This document shows, piece by piece, positions 28,413-36,317 of a stretch of 64,000 bases of DNA. Within the stretch, counting starts at the first letter, position 1; every line of letters begins with the position of its first letter. The stretch comes from an uncultured delta proteobacterium (GTDB lineage: Bacteria; Myxococcota_A; Polyangia; Polyangiales; Polyangiaceae): contig CAWDXG010000004.1 in the NCBI GenBank assembly GCA_963806225.1, forward strand, positions 2,304,001 through 2,368,000, in the 5' to 3' direction. The position numbers and the translations under genes are program-made. The notes below the pieces were generated by a model. The model had not been told where the DNA came from. It did not search any database and was given only the letters and a program-made list of their open reading frames with translations.

Positions 28413-29003
28413 ATGACCTCTTCGCGGACGACTGTCTTCATCGCGATCGCTTTCGGTGCCGTTCTCGGGGCAGCAGGCGCCGTGATGTCTGGACGTCCTG
28501 CTCCGGACACCCGCGCAGAACCCGCGCCTTCGACCGCGCCAACGCCGCTTCCGCGGCCCGCCCGGGCCAGCGCCAGGCCGGCCGCGGCCCCGGTGCCGTC
28601 GAGCGCACCATCCGCGGAGCCGGATCCCGTCGCCAAGGCGATCGCTCCGCTGCGCCAGGACCCGTCGGTCCTGTCGCACACCGAGCTCGGCTGCGCCCGC
28701 GGCAACCCGGACGACTGCCTGCTCGTGGGAGACTTCTACGCGCGGAGCGAGAAGGTGGACGACCACCACAAGCGCGCGCTCATCTACCGCCGGCGCGCCA
28801 TCGTGCTCTACGCGGAAAAGTGCCACGACCGCTGGCCCGCAGCCTGCCGCGTGCTGTCGAGCCTGTACGCCAAAGGCATCGGCGCGCCACGCAACAACCG
28901 GACGGCCGAGGCTCTGCTCCAGCGCTCGCTCGAGCTGTGCAAGGCTCACCCGAACCGGCCCTGCGTGCGCCAGGGCCTGCAGGTTCCGCCGGACCTCAGG
29001 TAG
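28413..29003 (+). CDS. Sel1-like repeat protein with N-terminal membrane anchor
   Basis: GCARGNPDDCLLVGDFY and ACRVLSSLYAKGIGAPRN helical Cys-containing repeats. Confidence 0.6.
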   Translation: MTSSRTTVFIAIAFGAVLGAAGAVMSGRPAPDTRAEPAPSTAPTPLPRPARASARPAAAPVPSSAPSAEPDPVAKAIAPLRQDPSVLSHTELGCARGNPDDCLLVGDFYARSEKVDDHHKRALIYRRRAIVLYAEKCHDRWPAACRVLSSLYAKGIGAPRNNRTAEALLQRSLELCKAHPNRPCVRQGLQVPPDLR

Positions 29004-29012
29004 AAGCGGCGC

Positions 29013-29028
29013 GGGCACGAACCTTGCT
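29013..29028 (+). promoter_or_regulatory. Putative sigma54 promoter
   Basis: GGGCACGAACCTTGCT, near-consensus GGCACG-N4-TTGC. Confidence 0.7.
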
Positions 29029-29042
29029 GTAGCGCGCTGCCT

Positions 29043-29223
29043 GCACGGCGACAGAGCCCACGGGAGGCCCTTCGCTCGCAACCCCTCGACAGTAAAGCTG
29101 TTTCGCGTCCCTGCTCGAGACCTTCGAAGGCCAGGACCAGGGCGCGTAGGGAAAGGCCGCCGCCATGCGTCGAGGGAAAGACACCAACGTCCGTCAGGGT
29201 CCACATCGGCCCTCTGGCGGTGC
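29043..29223 (+). ncRNA. Candidate structured RNA (rod-shaped, 6S-like geometry) or structured leader
   Basis: Nested pairings GCAC/GTGC, CAGAG/CTCTG, GGCCCT/AGGGTC, CCCTCGAC/GTCGAGGG, CGCGTCCCTG/CAGGGCGCG and apical CCTTCGAAGG; begins at the predicted sigma54 start site. Confidence 0.35.
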
Positions 29224-29262
29224 CGACGGGAGTGGTTAGGCTCGGCGGCTCAGGAGGGACTC

Positions 29263-30402
29263 ATGAATCGATTGGGAAAGTACGCGGCGCTGTCCGCGCT
29301 GCTCGTCGTCGGATGCAATACGAACGGAAAGGGGACCGGGGCGACGGCAAGCGCCAGCGCCACCCAGGCCGTCGCCGCTCCCAGCGGCAGCGCGGCCGCA
29401 ACCGCAAGCTCCGCCACTCCGCCGGTCAAGCCACGACGCATGCGCGGTCATCATGCCGGAATCGTCGGTGCGTTCCTGGCCACGGCCCGGACGCTCGATC
29501 TGAAGGACGAGCAGAAGACCAAGCTCGCTGACATCGAAAAGCAGGTCACCGACATGCCCGCCGATGCGAAGAAGGCCTTCAGCGACTTCCACGACACGCT
29601 CGCCGCCGGAATCAAGGCGGGCAAGGTCGACACCAGCAAACTCGAACCTGTCTACGCCCAGTTCGACAAGGTCACCGAGGAGCACCAGAAGAAGCAGGCC
29701 GAAGCGCTGGATTCGCTGCACGCCGCCCTCGAGCCCGCACAGCAGAAGGCGCTGGTCGCGGCAATCCAGAAGGACCAGGCGGACCGCGAAGCACGCCGCG
29801 CCGCGCGCAAGGCGAAGATGGCAGACCAGGCGAAGGACAAGGACTGGCAGCAGAAGTGGCAGAAGCGCCGCCTCGACCGCATGACGAAGATGCTCGATCT
29901 GGATGCCGACCAGCAGAAGAAGATCGAGCCGTTGCTGGCCAAGGAAGAGAAGCCTGTCGGCGCCAAGCAGGACCGCTGGGCCGAAAAGAAGAAGCGCATG
30001 GACGCAGTGCTAGCGGCGTTCGAAAAGGACAACTTCGACGCGACCAAGCTCGATCTCGCCGGCATGGGCTCCAAGGACCGGCGCGCGCACATGGAGCAGC
30101 GCGTCGCGTTCCTGAACCAGCTCCTGCCGGTCCTGAAGCCGGAGCAGCGCGACAAGTTCTCTGGCATGATGCCGATGATGCGCGGCGACATGACGCGCGG
30201 GCACGGCATGATGCGCGGGCACGGCATGATGCGCGGCCACGGCATGATGCGTGGCCACGGCATGATGCAAGGCCACGGGATGGGCATGGGTCGCGGCACA
30301 ATGGGCCCGGGCTACCGGTGGGGCGGCCCGCCGATCCAGCTGCCCTTCGACGACGACAACAACGACAAGCCCGAAGCGCCGGCAGCGCCCGCGGCGAAGT
30401 AG
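29263..30402 (+). CDS. Spy/CpxP/ZraP-like periplasmic lipoprotein with Met/His-rich tail
   Basis: Lipobox VVGC; LTxxQ-like motifs (LDLKDEQK, LEPAQQK, LDLDADQQK, LKPEQR); MMRGHG repeats. Confidence 0.7.
   Translation: MNRLGKYAALSALLVVGCNTNGKGTGATASASATQAVAAPSGSAAATASSATPPVKPRRMRGHHAGIVGAFLATARTLDLKDEQKTKLADIEKQVTDMPADAKKAFSDFHDTLAAGIKAGKVDTSKLEPVYAQFDKVTEEHQKKQAEALDSLHAALEPAQQKALVAAIQKDQADREARRAARKAKMADQAKDKDWQQKWQKRRLDRMTKMLDLDADQQKKIEPLLAKEEKPVGAKQDRWAEKKKRMDAVLAAFEKDNFDATKLDLAGMGSKDRRAHMEQRVAFLNQLLPVLKPEQRDKFSGMMPMMRGDMTRGHGMMRGHGMMRGHGMMRGHGMMQGHGMGMGRGTMGPGYRWGGPPIQLPFDDDNNDKPEAPAAPAAK
30190..30282. repeat. 18-bp tandem repeat x about 5 encoding (M)MRGHG
   Basis: ATGATGCGCGGGCACGGC-type units. 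Confidence 0.9.
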
Positions 30403-30421
30403 CGCTGCGACACACCGCGGC

Positions 30422-30449
30422 AGGCCCCGGCACGGATTGGCCGGGGCCT
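30422..30449. terminator. GC hairpin between convergent genes (possible terminator)
   Basis: AGGCCCCGGC / GCCGGGGCCT 10-bp stem; no U tract. Confidence 0.4.
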
Positions 30450-30479
30450 CGCCCGCGCGCGCCGCGGCCCCGGGAGTGG

Positions 30480-30716
30480 CTAGCGCCGGCGGTCGACCAG
30501 TGGCTCGACCAGCGACGTGAGGCCGTTGTGCTTGATCTCCAGCATCGTCTCCAGCTGCTCGCCGAGCTTTCCGTGCGGGAACCCCTTTCGGGCAAACCAC
30601 GCGAGGTACGCCTCGGGCAGATCGATCAACAGCCGCCCCTTGTACTTGCCGAACGGCATGCGGGCCCGGGCCAGGTCGAGCAGTCGTTCGGGTGACGCTT
30701 CGGGCGGCTCCGGCAT
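30480..30716 (-). CDS. DUF3820 family protein
   Basis: MPFGKYKGRLLIDLPEAYLAWFARKGFP...LEIKHNGL. Confidence 0.85.
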   Translation of the reverse strand: MPEPPEASPERLLDLARARMPFGKYKGRLLIDLPEAYLAWFARKGFPHGKLGEQLETMLEIKHNGLTSLVEPLVDRRR

Positions 30717-30725
30717 GACAGGCCG

Positions 30726-31178
30726 CTAGTGCCCCAGCACGGCGAGCAACACGGCCAGGAGCACGATCAGCCCCAGCACGCCGAGCACCGCGACGATGAT
30801 GATGATGTTGACCAACATCGCGCGGCGATCCCTCGGTGGCGGGGGCGGCCGTACGCCCTGCAGGCTGGCCTGGTGGTGCGCGCGCAGGTGGCTTTCGAAC
30901 ATGTCCAGCGCCGAATCGAGGAAGCCGAACGGGTCGAGCAACGCGAGGATGCTGGCGTTGAGCCGAAGCTGCGAGGTCTGCGCGTCGAGCTGGTAGACGG
31001 TGACCTCAACGTCGGTGGGGTTGGTCCAGCCGAAGCCGCGCGCGAACTTCAGGTAGTAGCCCGCCGGATCCTCGCGCCTGATCCGGAAGCCGGGCAGCTC
31101 GCTGCCGGCGGCACGCGCGAGGCCGTAGGTGACGTGGGACGGAGTAGCCAGAGTGATATCGCGGCTCTTCGACGCCAT
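30726..31178 (-). CDS. Hypothetical protein with C-terminal TM helix
   Basis: 150-aa ORF starting MASKSRDI, directly downstream of the preceding gene. Confidence 0.65.
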   Translation of the reverse strand: MASKSRDITLATPSHVTYGLARAAGSELPGFRIRREDPAGYYLKFARGFGWTNPTDVEVTVYQLDAQTSQLRLNASILALLDPFGFLDSALDMFESHLRAHHQASLQGVRPPPPPRDRRAMLVNIIIIVAVLGVLGLIVLLAVLLAVLGH

Positions 31179-31179
31179 T

Positions 31180-31812
31180 TCAGGGATTGGGCGACGGGCA
31201 GCCGTTGACCGGCTGCCAGGAATCCGGCTGGTTCTGCGTATCGCAGACGTAGCCGTCGGTCCCGTAGCAACAGGTGACCGCGCCGGGCGTCGTGCAGGCG
31301 GAGTTGATGGCCGGCGCCGAAGAGGGGCAGCAGACCTTGTTGGGGATGGTCTTCCACTTGCTGGCGCCACCGCCGCTCTGGGTCGGACACACGAAGGGCG
31401 TGTCGCCCGCCGCGTAGCAACAGATGGCGGTCGAGCTACAGGTAGCGCCCACGTTCGGCGCCGAGTCGGGACAGGCACCGGTGTTCACGAACACCACGCC
31501 GCTGCCACCTGCGCCTGCACTGCCGCCCGCGCCCGATCCCGCGCTGCCGCCGGCGGACGTGCCACCCGTTCCGCCGCTGCTCGCGCCACCCGTACCAGAA
31601 CCGCCGGTTCCGCCGCTGCTCGCGCCGCCCGTGGCCGTGCCGCCGGTTCCGCCGGCCGAGGCCCCGCCGCTCCCGCCGCCGGAGCCTCCGGTACCTGCCG
31701 TCCCCGCATCCGTTCCCCCGCTGCCGCCGTTGATGCCTGCATCACTTGAACCGCCACAGCCGACGACCAGAAGAAGCAGGCCCACGCAAGAAATCCCGAT
31801 CACACGCTTCAT
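31180..31812 (-). CDS. Cys-rich lipoprotein with Gly-rich linker and two CPxxAP...C...CCY repeats
   Basis: Lipobox VVGC; CPDSAPNVGATC and CPSSAPAINSAC. Confidence 0.75.
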   Translation of the reverse strand: MKRVIGISCVGLLLLVVGCGGSSDAGINGGSGGTDAGTAGTGGSGGGSGGASAGGTGGTATGGASSGGTGGSGTGGASSGGTGGTSAGGSAGSGAGGSAGAGGSGVVFVNTGACPDSAPNVGATCSSTAICCYAAGDTPFVCPTQSGGGASKWKTIPNKVCCPSSAPAINSACTTPGAVTCCYGTDGYVCDTQNQPDSWQPVNGCPSPNP

Positions 31813-31976
31813 GCAACCCATCATAGCCCGACCTGGGCGAACAGGCGCAGCAATCCGCCGTGACAGTGCGAGCCGCGTCATGCGTCACTTCGCTGGAGCG
31901 AACGCGATACCCTCGACGAGCGGGACGGGCACGCCAGCCGCGTCCTCGACGCCTGGATCGGGTCGCGGCGGGCGCT

Positions 31977-32636
31977 TCAGCTCTGTCGGCCGGGCTCGGC
32001 GAGGCGTGCGGTGAACACGCGCACCAGCTCGTCGACCATGGCCTCGTGCCGGTGGATCAGCGGCGCCATGTCGGCCACCTCGACGACCCCTTCCACCGTC
32101 AGCATGCCGATCACCGAAGTGTGGGCGAGGAATGCGAGGCGCCGGCCGTCGATGTCCGCGGGGATGAGTCCTGCCTCCTGGTCTTTCTTGATCCGCTGCG
32201 CGACGTTCCCGTACATGCGCTCGTTGAACGGCCGGATCCTCTCGAGCATCTCGGCATCGAACCGCCTGGCGCCCGCCGAACCCACCTGCGGAACCATATA
32301 GGAGAGCCTGAGCTCGTCCTTGCGGCTTCCGTAGTCGTTCGCCGACGCGCGGATCAACGCCTCGATGGCGTCGGCGCCGGACGTTGCAGCGTTGACCGCA
32401 CTCTCGACGACACCGGCGTGGGCCTCGAGGCTGCGGTACACTAGCTCGAACGCCAGCGCGTCCTTGGAGGGGAAGTAGTAGTAGAGCGCTGCCTTGGTCA
32501 GCTGGAGCTGTCGCGCCACGGCCGCGAGCGTGAGCCCGGCGAGACCCTTCTCCAGAAGCACCGCGCGCGCGGCCTCGAGGATCTCCTCGCGAACCTGCTC
32601 CTGGCGGCGTTCCCTTCTGATTTCGCGGGCATCCAT
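31977..32636 (-). CDS. TetR/AcrR family transcriptional regulator
   Basis: EILEAARAVLLEKGLAGLTLAAVARQLQLTKAALYYYFPSKDAL. Confidence 0.92.
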   Translation of the reverse strand: MDAREIRRERRQEQVREEILEAARAVLLEKGLAGLTLAAVARQLQLTKAALYYYFPSKDALAFELVYRSLEAHAGVVESAVNAATSGADAIEALIRASANDYGSRKDELRLSYMVPQVGSAGARRFDAEMLERIRPFNERMYGNVAQRIKKDQEAGLIPADIDGRRLAFLAHTSVIGMLTVEGVVEVADMAPLIHRHEAMVDELVRVFTARLAEPGRQS

Positions 32637-32662
32637 GCTTCTATTCTACCTCGGGATAGTTT

Positions 32663-32681
32663 TTTTGACCTACGGTTAAAA
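32663..32681. promoter_or_regulatory. Putative TetR operator palindrome
   Basis: TTTTGACC-TAC-GGTTAAAA in the AT-rich divergent spacer. Confidence 0.6.
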
Positions 32682-32750
32682 TAATTGATCCGTGGTCGAA
32701 AACTTCTGCTAGGGTGCCTTCTGTCAGCAAGACACAAGGAGTCACGAGAC

Positions 32751-33581
32751 ATGACAAACACCAACACGGACCGGATCCAGCTCTTCGTCCTCGGCACGGG
32801 CTGGGGCGTGCCTTTCTGCTCGTCGGCGCCGTTCCCGCTCAAGCTCGCCACGTGGATGCGCATGGCCGGAGTCCCGTTCGACGTGGTGGTCGAGAACAAC
32901 CTCGGCAAGGGCCCCAAGGGCAAGTCGCCCTGGATCGAGCACGGCAACGTACGCATGGGCGACTCGACGCTGATCATCGAGTACCTGAAGAAGCAGTACG
33001 GCGTGGAGCTCGACGCGCACCTCGACGCGGGGCAGCACGCTCTGGCCATGGCCGTGCAGCGCATGCTCGAGGAGCACTACCACCAGTGCTTCGAGCACCA
33101 GCTGTTCTTCGGTCGCGGCGCCGAAGAGCGGCTGAAGGAGTTCGCCTCGACCATGCCGATCCCGCTGCGCTGGCTCGTACCGACGGTCCTCAAGCGTGCT
33201 TTCAGAAAGCAGCTGCACGCGCGAGGCATGGGGCGCCACACCGAGGACGTCATCATCGCGCAAGGCAAGGCCGACCTCGACACGGTCAGCCAGCTGCTGG
33301 GCGACAAGCCGTACTTCCTCGGTGACGAGCCGTCGGCCATCGACGCCTGCGTGTTCGGCTTCCTCGGCGTGTCGCTGTACGTCGCCGGGGACAATCCGCT
33401 CTACCGCTACGGCGCCTCGCTCGACAACCTGATGCGCTACTGCGAGCGGATGCGCACGCGCTACTTCCCCGAGACGCTGGAGACGCTGGCGCCGCTCTAC
33501 TCGACGGACGCAGAGACGGAAGGCGACGCCCGCGACTCGCACGAGCGCCCCGCACAGATCGCTTCACGGAGCGTCGCGTGA
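32751..33581 (+). CDS. Glutathione S-transferase family protein (metaxin/FAX-like)
   Basis: APFPLKLATWMRMAG, GPKGKSPWIE, GDSTLIIEYL, LGDKPYFLGDEPSAIDA. Confidence 0.88.
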   Translation: MTNTNTDRIQLFVLGTGWGVPFCSSAPFPLKLATWMRMAGVPFDVVVENNLGKGPKGKSPWIEHGNVRMGDSTLIIEYLKKQYGVELDAHLDAGQHALAMAVQRMLEEHYHQCFEHQLFFGRGAEERLKEFASTMPIPLRWLVPTVLKRAFRKQLHARGMGRHTEDVIIAQGKADLDTVSQLLGDKPYFLGDEPSAIDACVFGFLGVSLYVAGDNPLYRYGASLDNLMRYCERMRTRYFPETLETLAPLYSTDAETEGDARDSHERPAQIASRSVA

Positions 33582-34252
33582 CCAACGCGCGCCCGCTCCT
33601 GCTGTGCGATCGAGGCTGCCCCTTCGCGCACCGCGTACTCGCGCTGCTCGACCACCTCAGCGCGGATTTCGAGCACCGCGAGTCGGCCGTGGGCGACAAG
33701 CCCGAAGGGCTCGCGGCGTACTCGCGGAGCGGGCGCATCCCACTGCTCGTCCACGGCGAGCTGATCGTCACCGAGTCACGGGTGATGCTGGAGCACCTGG
33801 CGGAGCACTTCGGCTTCGCCGCGGCGTACCCGACGGAGCTCGAGGCGCGCACCCGCCATCGTCATGCCATGGCCGTAGTCGACGACTTCCTCGCTCCACT
33901 ACTCATGGCGGACGTCACGTCCCTTACGGACACTGCGCGACTCGACGACGCACTCGCCGCGCTGGAGGCCGCGACGGCCGGCGCGCCCCCGGCGCCGGGG
34001 CTGCTCGCCTTCCACCTCGCGCCGATCTGGTTGCGCTTCCGCTGGTGGCAACCCGAAGGCGCGGTGACCCGCGCGCTGGAGCAGCATCGGGCACTATCTC
34101 GCTGGCTCGACGCTGCAGTGCACCTCGATGCCGTTTCGCACACCGCTCCGGAGCGTGGCGCCCACATGCAGGACGTCGCCCGCGCCCGCGCGGCAGGACT
34201 CATGACATGCCCAATCCCGTCGCAAGCGACGGCAGCAGGAGAACAACCATGA
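33578..34252 (+). CDS. GST N-terminal domain protein
   Basis: CPFAHRV, GRIPLL, TESRVMLEHL; GTGA overlap. Confidence 0.8.
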   Translation: MTNARPLLLCDRGCPFAHRVLALLDHLSADFEHRESAVGDKPEGLAAYSRSGRIPLLVHGELIVTESRVMLEHLAEHFGFAAAYPTELEARTRHRHAMAVVDDFLAPLLMADVTSLTDTARLDDALAALEAATAGAPPAPGLLAFHLAPIWLRFRWWQPEGAVTRALEQHRALSRWLDAAVHLDAVSHTAPERGAHMQDVARARAAGLMTCPIPSQATAAGEQP

Positions 34253-34995
34253 AAATCACCAATGCAGAGTCCAACACCAGCATCGCCGAGATCGCCGACG
34301 GCATCTACCGCATCAGTACGCCGGTTCCGCCGAACCCGGCCTTGCCCGGCGGCTTCACGTTCAACCAGTTCTTGATCGCCGACGACCAGCCGCTGCTGTT
34401 CCACTCGGGTCCGCGTGGGATGTTCCCGCTGGTCAAGCAGGCGATCGAGTCCGTGATGCCGGTCTCGAAGCTCCGCTACCTGGCGCTGTCCCACTTCGAA
34501 GCCGACGAGTGCGGCAGCATCAACGAGTTCATCGCCGTGGCGCCGGAAGCGTCACCCGTATGCAGCATGGTCGCGAAGATGGTGTCCGTGGACGACGTCG
34601 CGGATCGTGAAGCGCACGGCATGGCCGACGGCGAGCAGCTCTCGCTGGGCAAGCACACGCTGCGCTGGCTCGACACGCCGCACCTGCCCCACGGCTGGGG
34701 CTGCGGTTACATGTTCGAGCAGAGCACGCGCACGCTCCTGTGCGGAGACCTCTTCACCCAGGCCGGCCACGAGCACAAGGCCTGCATCGAGGGCGACATC
34801 CTCGGGCCCAGCGAAGGCATGCGCGCCCAGATGGACTACTACGCCCACGCGCCGAACACGGCCGAGCTCCTGGCGAAGCTCGCCGCAACGGAGCCGCGCA
34901 CGCTCGCGTGCATGCACGGCGCCAGCTTCAAGGGCGACGGCGGCGCACTGCTCGGTGAGCTGTCCGCAACCCTGACCGGTTCCGCCCGCGCTTGA
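34249..34995 (+). CDS. MBL-fold metallo-hydrolase (FprA/ODP-like di-iron)
   Basis: SHFEADECG, TPHLPHGW, LLCGDLF, ACMHG. Confidence 0.85.
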   Translation: MKITNAESNTSIAEIADGIYRISTPVPPNPALPGGFTFNQFLIADDQPLLFHSGPRGMFPLVKQAIESVMPVSKLRYLALSHFEADECGSINEFIAVAPEASPVCSMVAKMVSVDDVADREAHGMADGEQLSLGKHTLRWLDTPHLPHGWGCGYMFEQSTRTLLCGDLFTQAGHEHKACIEGDILGPSEGMRAQMDYYAHAPNTAELLAKLAATEPRTLACMHGASFKGDGGALLGELSATLTGSARA

Positions 34996-35105
34996 CCGGA
35001 CGCGCCCTCTGCAGCGCCTCAAGCGCCTGCAGCGGGCGAGGCGGCGCGAGCGTCACGGCCCACCCCGCGCTCACGGGAGGGCGCGCCCGTGAGAAGATAG
35101 GCGCC

Positions 35106-35579
35106 GTGACAACCGACAAGAACGCGCTCCGCGATGCGCTGACCCGGAAACTAGAGGACGAGCTATCGATCGCACAGGCCGCGCAACGCGCGACGCGCGA
35201 AGGCGCGACGCACGAGGAAGCGCGTCCCGAGAACGACAAGGACACGCGCGCGCTCGAGCTGACGTACCTGGCGCGGGGTCAGGCCCGGCGCGTCGAGGAG
35301 CTCAGCACAGCGCTCGCGGAGACGCGGGCGATGCCGCTCCGGAGCTTCGAGGCCGGCGCTCCAATCGCCGTCTCGGCGCTCGTGACGATCGAGGACGAGC
35401 AGGGCGAGCGCCGGCTGTTCGTCGCCCTCCACGGCGGCGGCGAGAAGATCGGCGACGTCCGGGTCGTCACCACACGCTCACCACTGGGGCGAGCACTCCT
35501 CGGCAAGAGCGCCGGCGACGACGTCGATTTCGAGCAGGCTGGTTCCCTGCGCGAGCTGTCGATCCTTCACGTCGAGTGA
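35106..35579 (+). CDS. GreA/GreB family elongation-factor-like protein
   Basis: HEEARPENDKDTRALE coiled-coil tip; VVTTRSPLGRALLGKSAGDDV. Confidence 0.8.
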   Translation: MTTDKNALRDALTRKLEDELSIAQAAQRATREGATHEEARPENDKDTRALELTYLARGQARRVEELSTALAETRAMPLRSFEAGAPIAVSALVTIEDEQGERRLFVALHGGGEKIGDVRVVTTRSPLGRALLGKSAGDDVDFEQAGSLRELSILHVE

Positions 35580-35605
35580 CGCGCGCTCGACGCGGCTCGG
35601 AGCCC

Positions 35606-36274
35606 TCAAGCCGCGACGCGGCCCCGGAACATTCCGGTTCCGTCGGGCATGCTACCGCGTTCGATCCCGACGAACCCCGCAGCCTCCATCCAGCCGCGAT
35701 ATTGCGACTCGGTATAGGCTTCGCCGTCGCGATAGAAGTTGAGGAAGTGTTCCGGATCGCATTCCGGCAGCGCTTCGGCGGCGTTCAGCAGCAGATTGAG
35801 GAAGACCTGGCCGAGCCGGGCGGGGCTGGCGTGCACAGCCGGCGCCGCGCCGTAGTCGCGCACGACGCGCGCCCGTGGCTCGATCGCGCCTTCGGCCAGG
35901 TTCAGCGTCGAGTCGAGTACTGCACCGAGCTCGACGAGCTCGACGCGCTCGCTCATGGGGCGGGAGAAGGTGCGGAGATCCCCGGCGATCGCGCGCACAC
36001 GCGCCAAGCCTTCGCGAGCGGTGGCCACTGCCTCGCGCGCGCGGTCGGTGTCCACGGTGCTGGCATCGAGGGCGCGGGCGGCGACTTCCAGCCCCGTAAC
36101 GGCGAAGCTCAGCGGGTTGTTGATCTCGTGCGCCACCCCCGCCGCGACCATGCCGAGCGCGACCATGCGGTCCGCAACCAGCAACTGCTCCTGCATGCGC
36201 CGCTTCTCCGTCACGTCCTCGCCGACCACGAGCCGGGCCGGGCCTCCACCGAACGCCACTTCTCGAACCGGCAA
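35606..36274 (-). pseudogene. Truncated sensor histidine kinase joined to an unrelated, methyltransferase-like C-terminus
   Basis: PAS end (EDVTE), H-box AGVAHEINNPL, N-box QVFLNLLLNA; no G1/F/G2 boxes; tail GEAYTESQYRGWMEAAGF. Confidence 0.6.
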
Positions 36275-36317
36275 TGAAGCGCAGCGGCAAGGATCGCTTC
36301 GGCGTCCCGATGCCGGG

